A stretch of 35,519 nucleotides of DNA from positions 1-35,519 of the forward strand of contig JAKFYM010000012.1 of NCBI GenBank assembly GCA_021730855.1. The letters are read 5' to 3'. The position numbers and the translations under genes were made by a program. Positions 6,901-15,735 of this stretch are shown here, in pieces. The notes below the pieces were generated by a model. It did not search any database. It was given only the letters and a program-made list of their open reading frames with translations, and had not been told where the DNA came from. The DNA is from Bdellovibrionales bacterium (GTDB lineage: Bacteria > Bdellovibrionota > UBA1018 > CAIPTA01). Within the stretch, counting starts at the first letter, position 1; each line of letters begins with the position of its first letter.

Positions 6901-8712
6901 GGCCCTTACGACATTGCTGCCGTCCGCTTGGCCTATACGGGCTACCTGGAAGTAGACGCAAAATGGATCGAAGCAAATCTCAAGGGATCCACTGCGATCC
7001 CAGTGAAGGATGAAGAGCCCTTGCAGCTTGTAAATGGGAAATTGATCAACATTTCTGACTATAAGGAGCTGGCGCAATTAGAAGACTGGGACTCCCTTTC
7101 TTACCATCGCATGCAGGAGGTCAAGCTGAAGCGTTATGGGCATTGTACGGACCGGCAAGTGGGCCTATTTCCCGGCTGCGCGATGATGGACCATGGCACC
7201 ACCTACGAGGAGCTCGTCACGAATACGATCGATCGAATTGATGCCAATTACGAACTCATGCACTTTCCGAGTGGAAGAAGGAGCACCGATTTCAACGAAT
7301 CCTACTTGGATTATTACATCGACCGAACGATCTACGATTTTGGTTACCTACGCTCTTTTGTGGATAACTTCTTCTACCTGTACCAAACAGGCGTAGACGA
7401 TAGGGTCGACATAAGTGACGTGAATACGTTGGATAGCCTCAAGGCAGCAGAGCAGGCGCGGGCATTCTTCCACCGCACCATCCGCACACCAGATCTGATG
7501 CCCACGAATTACGCGACCGATAGTATCGAGAGCAGCCGCTTCTCCATGTGGGCTGATCAGAATGCCAACATTTTGCTAACCGAAGAGAAGCCCCTCTATG
7601 ACAAATACCGAGAGGCCTTCACGGGACAGCTACGGTACATCGGCACCACCTATGCAAAGCAGATTGCTCTCAATATGCTAATCATAAGAAGGCCTTCTGT
7701 GCTCTTTAAGGACAGTCGGGCCAGCGGCGCTTTGCAAACGGCCTTCTCCTTCATTGACATGGAACAAATCCTCATGAAGGAGGTCTCGATTCCTAACCTA
7801 CCCTCGATGGCGTTGCTCCAAGAGGTGTTGAGAAACAACCTCATGGCCAGTACCTTAGGGCCCGTAGGTCCGGATGGAGCCGCCGTTCTAGTGCCTCTGG
7901 ATGCAGGATACTATGCAGAAGCCTCACCAATGGCCCGTACTGCCGTGGCACTGGCCACCATCGTGCTGGATGACACTTCCGTTGTGGACCAGAACCGGCC
8001 GAATTTCTCGGAAGGGTTTCGCATGGTGTTCGGCTCGAGCCCTCCAGGGAACGTTCCTTGGGTTAGCCGAGAGCAGTACAAGGCGTATTGGTCGCTCACG
8101 CAAAGTTCTTTTGCCAGCTGGTTCGTGGAAAACCAGAGCGGCATTGCAAAATTGCTTGTCGAGGGAGAAAAAGCCGCGCCCATCATCGCCAAGTACTTCG
8201 GCACAAAAGCCTTGTTGGACGATCCCGAGGGCCTAGCCCTGCTTCAGGGCGAGATTCCCGAAACACAAGTGCTCGTCCAAGATATGGCCGAGGCCAAAAA
8301 AGCCTTGGAGGAGCTCATGCAAAAACTGCCAGAGTCCCTGCGCAAAGGACGAGACGCCCAAACCATGCTCGACATTGGAGTGTCCTTTCTTGACCAATGG
8401 AAAGACCTCGGAACCAATTTCGAGGAAGCTATGGCGACAGAGGATGGCGAAAAGGCCGCCGAGTATGCAATGTTTATTGTACGCGCCACCAACTTCTTAC
8501 GAGTCATGGCCGCAAGAGATCCTTTGCTTGCGTACCTCGTGCAGAATCTACCAGCCGAACAAATGGGAGCGAAATATCTGGTGCCTCGGCAAGAGATTCT
8601 CATCAACCTGAACCGGTACTATCAGGAGCGCATGAACGTGATCGAAGGATTGTCGATGATGTTTTACTACACCCACGACGACTTCTATCATTCGTTCTCA
8701 CAAAGCCGATAG
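3928..8712 (+). CDS. Very large secreted metzincin-type zinc metalloprotease, probably a lipoprotein
   Basis: HELGHNFGLAH (HExxHxxGxxH) at 6739-6771, followed by a Met-turn-like TSTVMDY (6844-6864). I prefer the start at ATG 3928 (MNSKNHSVLSIFTALVIALTFSAC, lipobox-like FSAC), with AGGGGG 9 nt upstream. The tracked ORF begins at 3892. Confidence 0.85.
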   Translation: MNSKNHSVLSIFTALVIALTFSACTKDRDEKIPDELQENLIEKSLLENSEVTIETEGGGQALVASRRQFLAAQEVQTVKVTNVNAPDKLLPMFQDLSIQALPGRTYRLKFQVDESFVTASLLLNQADLSSLSKVQQAIATKMDDNSYLLPIFKYAVQELGTLTRVRNDLEEDTHILRLVPSTPARATHVQVSIIPERRRLVSMEQDDSETIFVRTQFERRVLSAAELKESLGIEVVAPTEASRYYLETTRDSLRIFEVRQLQTLTAQQQAQVLAGDRDAQRRSNELARCSQDIQEQAAQVQNCVAVLRYTSKISYVTPRLEAERNDGTGPRTANIEQTPVRSGITSAFVRIDKNPTLTDVNVDANLIDQDRVLYVKQLKGVQFLFQRTLTDTPNLVGDRDIYSGINGKLQIVRFEFGREFVTVVGADPIVSNRGATAIDNPPLMSFPVKYKRKKERDGQGNLLPQVVYENAQNTDEDAIAEVTWEANNLDDVTSPLYSRCLGTKSGVQTSGFSSVLGADGNPELLGFNLRYVYEAQSMRCISRAGFQVAFDFQERVSFKKYVERAADPAGFDIPWAIQPLLGYGIFVDSVTVPSAFGRVNLAKNERVLPNIQDFRNGRVVTYVLAGLPASGMERDIMIETSREVIGWWNQAFQRAFSGTSLSRSGNFIELKIEGVDELPPRQFGDLDRNYIWYIPKVLHGSGILGLGGFSANPKNGFIENSSIQIFGGNFLASLEAEYDLAKRRAGYLARKHAIANQEASTLTVFPSLVTNVLDPEDLAKAARDQLRNTIGSIGTAGALGGSRFQQLTANRNQFLANLQIAPAGKQAMSPAVEEKVLSYLNSMTAQRAGSREEEEFEARQAHRLEKISRLAMPANRENGNAGGEELAGHSHNGRTAFQHTCALQTNALGGMHLEMGDEISAGKTEKVFRAFARFALSHELGHNFGLAHNFMGSFDKDNWKVSSSALEVTHRKTSTVMDYLRMEDSLNLDSVGPYDIAAVRLAYTGYLEVDAKWIEANLKGSTAIPVKDEEPLQLVNGKLINISDYKELAQLEDWDSLSYHRMQEVKLKRYGHCTDRQVGLFPGCAMMDHGTTYEELVTNTIDRIDANYELMHFPSGRRSTDFNESYLDYYIDRTIYDFGYLRSFVDNFFYLYQTGVDDRVDISDVNTLDSLKAAEQARAFFHRTIRTPDLMPTNYATDSIESSRFSMWADQNANILLTEEKPLYDKYREAFTGQLRYIGTTYAKQIALNMLIIRRPSVLFKDSRASGALQTAFSFIDMEQILMKEVSIPNLPSMALLQEVLRNNLMASTLGPVGPDGAAVLVPLDAGYYAEASPMARTAVALATIVLDDTSVVDQNRPNFSEGFRMVFGSSPPGNVPWVSREQYKAYWSLTQSSFASWFVENQSGIAKLLVEGEKAAPIIAKYFGTKALLDDPEGLALLQGEIPETQVLVQDMAEAKKALEELMQKLPESLRKGRDAQTMLDIGVSFLDQWKDLGTNFEEAMATEDGEKAAEYAMFIVRATNFLRVMAARDPLLAYLVQNLPAEQMGAKYLVPRQEILINLNRYYQERMNVIEGLSMMFYYTHDDFYHSFSQSR

Positions 8713-8727
8713 AAGAAGCAAATAGAG

Positions 8728-8762
8728 GCCCGTGAATCAAAAAAGATTCACGGGCTTTTTTT
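8728..8762 (+). terminator. Rho-independent terminator between convergent genes
   Basis: GCCCGTGAATC-AAAAAA-GATTCACGGGC followed by TTTTTTT. The A-run in the loop and flank could let it work on both strands. It overlaps the last codons of the minus-strand gene 8748-9227. Confidence 0.85.
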
Positions 8763-9227
8763 CACCCGCAATGTCTCCAACATATAGGCCGTGGGCCCGA
8801 ATTCCTCTTCTGCATGCCGCAAGTGAACGGTGACGACCTCTTCGGATGCCCGCAGGAGGTGGATGATGCGGTCTCGCTTCACCGTCCAGAGAAACCCTTT
8901 CGCGCCATTCACCTCAATCTCCTGCCCAGGGCCAGAATAGATCTCGGCAAGCCGCAGACGAAGCGCTTCCAGGTCCACAATGCCCGGTGCCGCCTCCGGC
9001 CGCACGAGGAAGCGGCTGGCTTTGTCGGCCTGTTTCGCCATTGGGTCGACAAAAACTGTTGTGGCGCCCTCCTGCTCATGCTTCCAATGCATAGGGTACT
9101 CCAAGCGGTAGTCCCCCTCCGCGCTCTCAAAGGGCACAAAGGCATTCCCAATCTCTCCGCCCTGTAATTTGGCAGCTTGGGCCACGGGCAAGCATACGAA
9201 CAATAGCAATAGGAACAATACTTTCAT
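8748..9227 (-). CDS. Secreted hypothetical protein
   Basis: 159 aa. Signal peptide MKVLFLLLLFVCLPVAQA. ATGA start/stop overlap with the upstream gene suggests translational coupling. Confidence 0.6.
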   Translation of the reverse strand: MKVLFLLLLFVCLPVAQAAKLQGGEIGNAFVPFESAEGDYRLEYPMHWKHEQEGATTVFVDPMAKQADKASRFLVRPEAAPGIVDLEALRLRLAEIYSGPGQEIEVNGAKGFLWTVKRDRIIHLLRASEEVVTVHLRHAEEEFGPTAYMLETLRVKKSP

Positions 9228-10075
9228 TGGGTTTCCTCCTGCGCCTTCGTGATCGGAAAGAGCATAGTTTCAAAATGGTAAACGTGGTCGGAGCCGGCAC
9301 TGGTTCCCTCGGAAAACTGCCGATTGAGCTCGCGGCGAAAGTCCTTCAAGACCTGCTTAAACTTTGGCACCTGCTCTTTGCGCAGGGCGATCGTGAGCCC
9401 GGTGATCTCGCGCACCTCTACGGGATCATGGAAGAGCGAGAGGAGGCCCTGCTCAATGAACTGTCGGTGCAGGTGGCGGATGATCAGATTGGAAATATCA
9501 TCCGAAGTGGTGATCATTGGTTCGCTTTGCCGCAAGATCCCGTTGTCGTCGCGGAGAAATTCCAAGCGCTGCAGCAGCTCCACGCTTTCTTGCGCCTGGG
9601 CCGCGCTGATTTTCTGTCCCAAGCGCTGGGCGATCCATTCCGGATTGCGCTTGAAATCCCTCAGGAGAACCATCTCGCGAATCGCCCAATGGTGCCAGGT
9701 GCGCAAAATTTCCCAGCGATCCTTGTTCACCTGCAGAGGATCGCCGGAATGGCGAATTCGTAGCTGCAGGAGCTTCTCGAGCAAATCATTTTTTTCGTCT
9801 ACGTCGCGGCTTTCCTTGAGGCTCACGAGCACGCGAAAAAACTCGGCTTTTGAACCGCTGAGCTTCAGGCCCTTCAGGAAGGCGGAAAGATTTTTTTCCG
9901 TAATCGGCCGGTCCCCATCGATCACGAGCTTGAGGTAGTTGGGGGAGCTAAGGCCAGCGCGACGGGCAAAAGACCGGTAGGAGAAACTCTTCGACCGCTC
10001 TTTTTCCAAGCGATAAAAGTCGGACAGGAATGTCCGATAGTCGCCATACTGAAAAATGTCTAGGGAAGCATCCAC
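9224..10075 (-). CDS. TIGR02147/DUF4423-like hypothetical protein
   Basis: 283 aa. GTG start with AGGAG 8 nt upstream. The N-terminal pattern DYRTFLSDFY...SYRSFARRAGLSSPNYLKLVI matches my recollection of the TIGR02147 family. Function is unknown. Confidence 0.6.
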   Translation of the reverse strand: MDASLDIFQYGDYRTFLSDFYRLEKERSKSFSYRSFARRAGLSSPNYLKLVIDGDRPITEKNLSAFLKGLKLSGSKAEFFRVLVSLKESRDVDEKNDLLEKLLQLRIRHSGDPLQVNKDRWEILRTWHHWAIREMVLLRDFKRNPEWIAQRLGQKISAAQAQESVELLQRLEFLRDDNGILRQSEPMITTSDDISNLIIRHLHRQFIEQGLLSLFHDPVEVREITGLTIALRKEQVPKFKQVLKDFRRELNRQFSEGTSAGSDHVYHFETMLFPITKAQEETQ

Positions 10076-10218
10076 TGCAGCACTCCTATAGGCCGGCCTG
10101 GCCTGAGGCTAAGCATACCCAAAATTCCTAACCAAAAGTGAATTAGAAAGAAATTGTTCGCTAATGGTAGGTAATGCGCCGCAAGAGTGAAAAAAATCCA
10201 ATCCTCCGCGGGCGGTGG

Positions 10219-11388
10219 CTAGGAGGTGGTCGTGGGTGCATCCAAAAAGGGACGGGCGTCCACCGGAATGTCGATGGAAAAAGTGGTCCCCCTCCCCCTC
10301 AGGCTGTCCACTGCGATGCTCCCGCCATGGCCTTCGGCCACTCCGCGCACCAAAGCCAGGCCAATGCCCCAACCCTTTTTTCCACTAGCCTTTGCCGCCT
10401 GCGACCGACGAAAGGCCTGGAAAAGCACCTCCTGCTCCTCAGCGGGAATCTCCGCCCCGAGATTATGCACCGAAAGGATCATTCGGCCAGCCAGGGCATT
10501 GACTCGAATCGTCACGGGGGTCTCAGAGTCCCCATATTTCATCGCATTGCTGAGTAGATTCTCCACCGAGCGTCGCAGGGCCTCTCCGTCCCAATGCCCC
10601 CATACCGGCGAGCCCACTAGATGAATCCGCTCCTGCTCCTTGCGATTCAAATCCGTGATCACGTCTTTCACGATCGCGAGTATTTCCCATTCGCCCACCT
10701 TCAACGGCACCTTCTCGCCGATCTGGATCACACTGGCATCCAGCATATCCTGAATCATGCGGTCAGCCCGCTTGGCATTATTCACAATCCGTTGGGCAAG
10801 CTTGCGCAAATCCTCAAAAATCTCTCCCTGGTAGGCCTCATCATTCAGGGAAAGCAAAATAAGCTCGGCCGACATTTTGGCGGCGCCCAAGGGGTTGCGC
10901 AAATCGTGGCCAAGGCCAGCCACAAATTTTTCGCGGATCTGGCTATGCACTAAAAAAAATGCGGTCATGGCATCGCAGACCGCTTGGTCAAAAGATTTTT
11001 GGATGGTTATCCGGTCCCCTTCCGTGAGCGAGACCACCGCCTGCAATTTGTTTAGCACCACATCCCGGAGGAGTTGGTATTCGGTGATGAGCTGATCGGG
11101 ACCATAGCGGCTTAGGCGCGCGCGCTCACTGCCATGCTCCTCGGCAATAGTGGTGGATTCGGTGGCTATGGTGCGAGGGTGTTCTTCGGAGAGTGACTCC
11201 GCCAAATTGTCTAGAAAGGAAGGAACCGTGTCGGTCAACACCGGACGCTGCAGCTGCGCCGCTGCGTTGACTTTTTCGCGCACATTTTTTTCCCATTCGG
11301 CCAAAATTTCCTTCTTCAGCTGAAAAAGCGCCTGCGCAGAAGGTGTTTTGGACGATTGTAAATTGCTCTGGTCGGTTGATTGGTCCAT
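10219..11388 (-). CDS. Cytoplasmic sensor histidine kinase
   Basis: H-box GLGHDLRNPLGAAK, N-box NLLSNAMKYG, G-box GWGIGLALV, no TM segment. The start is uncertain: ATG 11388 (MDQSTD...) or TTG 11427. Confidence 0.85.
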   Translation of the reverse strand: MDQSTDQSNLQSSKTPSAQALFQLKKEILAEWEKNVREKVNAAAQLQRPVLTDTVPSFLDNLAESLSEEHPRTIATESTTIAEEHGSERARLSRYGPDQLITEYQLLRDVVLNKLQAVVSLTEGDRITIQKSFDQAVCDAMTAFFLVHSQIREKFVAGLGHDLRNPLGAAKMSAELILLSLNDEAYQGEIFEDLRKLAQRIVNNAKRADRMIQDMLDASVIQIGEKVPLKVGEWEILAIVKDVITDLNRKEQERIHLVGSPVWGHWDGEALRRSVENLLSNAMKYGDSETPVTIRVNALAGRMILSVHNLGAEIPAEEQEVLFQAFRRSQAAKASGKKGWGIGLALVRGVAEGHGGSIAVDSLRGRGTTFSIDIPVDARPFLDAPTTTS

Positions 11389-11530
11389 ACGGGGGTTCAC
11401 ATAGCAAAGGTGCGGCCAAGTTAGCAAAGCGTGAGCGTCAAGAAAGATTTCCAGCCCCGGGCATGGTCCAGTCCTATTTTTGTTTTATCTCTAGACGTTG
11501 GTAAAAATCTCTAGGTATAGATATTTGCTC

Positions 11531-11902
11531 ATGGGCCAATCCATACTTATTGTGGACGACAATACAGACCTGCTCGAGCTCTTGGGGGACACCTTGAGCC
11601 GCAAAGGGTATGAAGTGCAAACCGCTGACTGCGGAAAAGCCGGCCTGGCGGCTCTGGAGAAATCGCGGGCTCCTGACTTGATTCTCTTAGACTATGAAAT
11701 GCCAGACATGAATGGCGCTGAATTCCTCGACCAAATCGAGCAGAACAAAAGCTTGGCCCATACGGCGGTTGTTTACTTCACCGCCGGTGAGCGCCCCAAA
11801 GATAGCCGCGTACAGGGCTACCTCAACAAAATGTCCAGTTTAAATGATTGCCTGCACTCCATCGGGAAGTTGCTGATGCCAGAAGGCCTAAACCGCGGGT
11901 GA
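11531..11902 (+). CDS. Single-domain response regulator (CheY-like receiver)
   Basis: ILIVDDN...DLILLDYEMPDMNG receiver motifs. I prefer the ATG at 11531 (MGQSILIVDD) over the tracked start at 11498. Confidence 0.85.
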   Translation: MGQSILIVDDNTDLLELLGDTLSRKGYEVQTADCGKAGLAALEKSRAPDLILLDYEMPDMNGAEFLDQIEQNKSLAHTAVVYFTAGERPKDSRVQGYLNKMSSLNDCLHSIGKLLMPEGLNRG

Positions 11903-11923
11903 TTTTCTCAAGGCCGCAAATCT

Positions 11924-13246
11924 CTACTCTTCCAGATCTCCCATAGTGCGGATGGCTTCGTCTGTGGGCCGCATCAAAAAATACAGCACCACAATCACCA
12001 CGAGCAAAGATCCCGCGATCATCAACTCTTCGCTCTTCGCCCGCGTGAGCATGGCCAAACACACCAGGGCCCCTAAAACGGGCACAAAACGCGGCACCTC
12101 GAAAGCCCCCGCGATTTTATCTTTTTTGCTCAACACAAAAAGCGAGATGTTCACCACCACAAAACACAGCAGCAGGAGCACGCTCGTGGCGCGCGCCAGA
12201 GAAGAAATATCCCCACTGAAAGCCAGGATCATGAGAATTCCCCCGACCAGCAAGACCGTGCGATGCGGGCTGCGGCGCTGTTCATGCACACGGGAAAAAA
12301 AGGCCGGGAAAAGGCCCTGGGCCGACATTCCGTACAACAGCCGTGAGCCCATCACAAAATTCAAAAGCGCCGTATTCGCCACGGCAAAGAGGGCAATCAC
12401 GCTAAAGAGCGAGCTGGGGAACCAGGGAGCGGCCTTGGCCACCACGTCGACCAATGGTTGCTTCGACTGCGCGAGCTCCGCCGCGGGAATCACGGAAACG
12501 GCAATCAAGCTGATCAGCATATAAATCGTGGAAGAAATGCCCACCGCAGCGAGCAGCGCGATTGGAATCGTGCGCCGAGGCTCTTTCACCTCTTCGGCCA
12601 CATTGAGAATGTCTTCAAAGCCAATGAAAGAATAGAAGGTGAGCACTGCGCCGCTCAAAAGCAGGGGAAAAGAAAGCTGCCCACTAGGGTTGTGCTCCGT
12701 GGTGGCGTCTAGGTAGGAAACATCGCCAAGGAAAGAAACGCCCACGAGGATCACCAGCAAAAGACCACTTAGCTCAATGACCGTGCATACGGCATTAGCC
12801 CAGAGCGATTCGCGAATGCCCCAGAAAACAATAAAGGTAAGCACAAGGGCGAAACCCACGATGATTAAAGGAATGGGCAGCGAAAAAACCAAGCCAGAGA
12901 AATACCCCGCAAACACCCGACTGGCCGTGGCCATCGAAGTGAGGCCAGAAGCCAAGAGCGCCAGACCCACCACATAGGAAAGGAAGCCGTTGCGAAAGGC
13001 CCGTGAGGTGGCAAAAACTGCTCCCGCCGCCTTCGGGTAGCGAGAGCCCAGGCTAGCATACGAAAGCCCCGTGAGGCCGGCGGCCACCATGCTGATCAAA
13101 AATCCCAGCCAGGCCGCAGAGCCCATTTCTCCGGCCGCTTTTCCCACCAGGCCATAGATGCCGGCGCCGAGAATGTCTCCCACTCCGTAGAGCAAAAGAG
13201 AGAAAAATCCGATCCGCCGGGCGAGGGTGACATTTGTTGTTTTCAT
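11924..13246 (-). CDS. APC-family amino acid permease
   Basis: About 440 aa with 12 predicted TM segments and the typical N-terminal GVGDILGAGIYGLVG motif. I prefer the ATG at 13246 (MKTTNV...) over the tracked GTG at 13282. Confidence 0.8.
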   Translation of the reverse strand: MKTTNVTLARRIGFFSLLLYGVGDILGAGIYGLVGKAAGEMGSAAWLGFLISMVAAGLTGLSYASLGSRYPKAAGAVFATSRAFRNGFLSYVVGLALLASGLTSMATASRVFAGYFSGLVFSLPIPLIIVGFALVLTFIVFWGIRESLWANAVCTVIELSGLLLVILVGVSFLGDVSYLDATTEHNPSGQLSFPLLLSGAVLTFYSFIGFEDILNVAEEVKEPRRTIPIALLAAVGISSTIYMLISLIAVSVIPAAELAQSKQPLVDVVAKAAPWFPSSLFSVIALFAVANTALLNFVMGSRLLYGMSAQGLFPAFFSRVHEQRRSPHRTVLLVGGILMILAFSGDISSLARATSVLLLLCFVVVNISLFVLSKKDKIAGAFEVPRFVPVLGALVCLAMLTRAKSEELMIAGSLLVVIVVLYFLMRPTDEAIRTMGDLEE

Positions 13247-13338
13247 GGCGCGACGATAGCACGACCTGCGGCACGATTCCACATCGCTTTCCTGAGGCCA
13301 AACCGCCTAGACTCTCGACGAGAAGGCGAGGATTTTCG

Positions 13339-13851
13339 ATGAAAACTTTTTTGATCTGCGCTCTGTTCCTTAGCAGCTCCGCTATTTTTGCGGCCCAGGA
13401 AGAACCACTCGAAGTGGTCATGAAAAATGCCCAAGACGTGGAGATCGGCAAAGCGAAGCTAAGCTCGCTCAAGGAGGGAGTGAAAATCTTGCTTGACCTA
13501 AAAGGCCTCCCCCCGGGCCCCAAGGCCATTCACTTTCATGAAACCGGAGAGTGCGATGAGCCCACCTTTGCCAGCGCTGGAGAGCACTTCGCTCCCGGCA
13601 GTAAGGTGCATGGCCATAAAGCCAAAGGCGGCCCACACGCCGGTGACATGGCCAATGTCACGGTAAAGTCCGACGGCTCCCTAAAAACCGAGGTCACGAA
13701 CAAACACGTGACCCTCGCGCAGAACGCCCAGAACTCGCTCCTTAAAGACGGCGGCACCGCTTTGGTGATCCACGCCCAGCCGGACGACTATAAAAGCCAA
13801 CCGGCGGGCAATGCCGGAGACCGCCTAGCTTGCGGCGAAATCAACGACTAA
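13339..13851 (+). CDS. sodC: Periplasmic Cu,Zn superoxide dismutase
   Basis: Signal peptide MKTFLICALFLSSSAIFA. Motifs HFHETGECD, GGPHAGDMANV and ALVIHAQPDD...GNAGDRLACGEI. GAGGA lies 7 nt upstream of ATG 13339. Confidence 0.9.
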   Translation: MKTFLICALFLSSSAIFAAQEEPLEVVMKNAQDVEIGKAKLSSLKEGVKILLDLKGLPPGPKAIHFHETGECDEPTFASAGEHFAPGSKVHGHKAKGGPHAGDMANVTVKSDGSLKTEVTNKHVTLAQNAQNSLLKDGGTALVIHAQPDDYKSQPAGNAGDRLACGEIND

Positions 13852-13858
13852 TGCCCAA

Positions 13859-13882
13859 GCCCTCGCGCTCTGGTGCGAGGGC
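13859..13882 (+). terminator. Hairpin downstream of sodC (possible terminator, no U-tract)
   Basis: GCCCTCGC-GCTCTGGT-GCGAGGGC, an 8-bp GC-rich stem. It is not followed by a T-run. Confidence 0.35.
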
Positions 13883-14000
13883 GCAGTACACGCCATCCCA
13901 TCAATTCTTTTTCTCTATAATCATATATTAATTTACACGCTACGGTGGGCGTATTCCGTTATGGAAATATGACAAAGCCTTAGTATCCTAGAGTAAGACC

Positions 14001-14366
14001 ATGGCGCTTACCTACTTCATAAATAAAAAACGATCCACCTGCGTGATCACACTCAAGGGCAATCTCACCCCTGACGACGTGGCCACCCTGGATGCTTGTA
14101 TGAAGGAAGTCCTTACCGATGCCATGGCCTATCGGGTGCTGAATCTCGCCGGCCTCGCGGATATGGATTTGGGCACCTCGCGCCCGTTCACCATTTTCCA
14201 ACAAAGCTTGCGCGAGTCCTCACAGCTATTCATCTGTGGCCTGAATGTAAAGATCCAAAAAACCCTAAAAGAGCATGGCCTCGTGAGAGACCCCGAGGTC
14301 CAAACAGACCTAATGACCGTCTTACAAGTTATCTTACAGTTAGAATCTAAGAAAGAGAGTGGATAG
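14001..14366 (+). CDS. STAS-domain protein (anti-sigma-factor-antagonist-like)
   Basis: 121 aa. The organisation is SpoIIAA-like (ITLKGNLTPDDVATLD...VLNLAGLADMD...LFICGLNVKIQKTL). Confidence 0.7.
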   Translation: MALTYFINKKRSTCVITLKGNLTPDDVATLDACMKEVLTDAMAYRVLNLAGLADMDLGTSRPFTIFQQSLRESSQLFICGLNVKIQKTLKEHGLVRDPEVQTDLMTVLQVILQLESKKESG

Positions 14367-14371
14367 AGCGG

Positions 14372-15709
14372 ATGAAAGTGGCACTAGCATTCCAAAACGA
14401 CGTGATTGCCGATGTGTATGCATTGGCCCTCGACGGTTGCCTGGAAAATTGTACCGTGGATAATTTTGATAGCTTCGATAGTTTGACAGAGACAGTGCAA
14501 AAAGAACCCTATGCCTGCATCGTGACGGACGTCTCTCTCCAAGGACAAAACTTTGTTGAAACCTTCAAGGACCCTGGCTTTTGTGCCCTATCGATTCCCA
14601 TTTTCGTCGTTGGCGGGGAAGAAGGCCTAGCCCCCCCAGCAGGTAGCAAGCTCAAAATTTCTGCTCTGCCCAAGGGCGTGACCATTCGCGATTTTGCCGA
14701 GACGATCATCGAAGCTCTAAGCAAAGATTTCACCGCTAAGGATTTCTGCAAGATTTCGGTCATGACCTTGCTGGTGAAACAAAAGGACCTTCGTTTTAAT
14801 CTCTACGTGAAACTCTCCGATGACAAATACATAAAAGTCCTAAACGCACGCGACACCTTCGATGAAGAGCAATACAAGCGCTTCCAAGAGAAAAAAATGG
14901 ACTTTCTCTACCTGCGTCGCCCGGATTTCTTCTCCCTGATCGACAATCTTCTCGGTGAAGTGCAAAAACTCTATGCGGCTGACGAGGCCCTACCGGTGGA
15001 TGCCTCTTTTTCCACCACCAAAGCGATTTTTCAGACAGTACACTCGGCCTTCGAAACCGAAGGCTTTACCCCCGAAATGCGTTTGCTCACCGAGGCCACC
15101 ATCAATTTGGCTATCAAAACCGTGCAAAAAAACCCGCGCCTCTCGGAATTGCTGCAGAAAATGGACGCCGACAAATCCTCCTTTGTGGGCTGGCATAGTA
15201 CGGCTCTTTCCTTTCTCAGCTGCAAGCTAGCCACCATGCTTGGCTGGAATTCGGAAGCTACTTTTTTCAAACTCTCCTTGGCTTCCATGCTGCACGACCT
15301 TTCCCTGCCCTCGGACCAACTCGCAGAGCTCCAAACGCAAGAAGACCTGAACGAATCCTCCCTCAGTCCAGAAGACAAAGAGCTCGTGCGCCAGCACCCA
15401 CGCAACTCCGCCAAACTAATCTCCGGATTCGAGGAAATTCCCGGGGAAGTGAGCTTTATCATTGAGCAGCACCATGAGCGCCCCGAAGGAAATGGCTTCC
15501 CTGCCCAAGCAGATCACAAAGAAATCAGCGCTATTTCGGCCCTCTTCATCATCACGCACGACATCGTGAACACCATGTTCCACTCCCCACCCCAGAATTT
15601 CGACCTCCAAGCTTTTTTGACCGACCGAGAAGCAAAAAAAACCTACTCCAAAGGTGCCTTTGGGCAGGTGTTCCGCACGATTATGATGAAATCCTCGGCT
15701 GAAACCTAG
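14372..15709 (+). CDS. HD-GYP-type phosphohydrolase with an N-terminal receiver-like domain; the signature is variant
   Basis: HD motif in SMLHDLSLP. HHERPEGNGFP replaces the canonical HHExxDGxGYP. The N-terminal ~120 aa are receiver-like (ACIVTDVSL). Confidence 0.7.
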   Translation: MKVALAFQNDVIADVYALALDGCLENCTVDNFDSFDSLTETVQKEPYACIVTDVSLQGQNFVETFKDPGFCALSIPIFVVGGEEGLAPPAGSKLKISALPKGVTIRDFAETIIEALSKDFTAKDFCKISVMTLLVKQKDLRFNLYVKLSDDKYIKVLNARDTFDEEQYKRFQEKKMDFLYLRRPDFFSLIDNLLGEVQKLYAADEALPVDASFSTTKAIFQTVHSAFETEGFTPEMRLLTEATINLAIKTVQKNPRLSELLQKMDADKSSFVGWHSTALSFLSCKLATMLGWNSEATFFKLSLASMLHDLSLPSDQLAELQTQEDLNESSLSPEDKELVRQHPRNSAKLISGFEEIPGEVSFIIEQHHERPEGNGFPAQADHKEISAISALFIITHDIVNTMFHSPPQNFDLQAFLTDREAKKTYSKGAFGQVFRTIMMKSSAET

Positions 15710-15735
15710 GGTGAATTGCCAAGCCACAAAAGCTG

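Noticed and set aside
3663-8606. Numerous 60-190-aa ORFs antisense to or out of frame with the metalloprotease gene (for example 3663-4241, 4885-5304, 5428-5886, 5994-6377, 8244-8606)
   Set aside because: They are shadow ORFs inside a 4.8-kb gene with a clear catalytic motif. They have no independent motifs or ribosome-binding sites.
9227-9938. 178-aa and 204-aa plus-strand ORFs opposite the TIGR02147-like gene
   Set aside because: They are antisense shadow ORFs with Arg/Ser-rich, low-complexity products. The minus-strand gene has an SD, coupling to its downstream partner and a family-like N-terminus.
13234-13338. N-terminal extension of SodC from the tracked start at 13234
   Set aside because: The extension lacks a signal peptide and overlaps the divergent permease start. 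ATG 13339 has a GAGGA SD and gives a canonical signal peptide.
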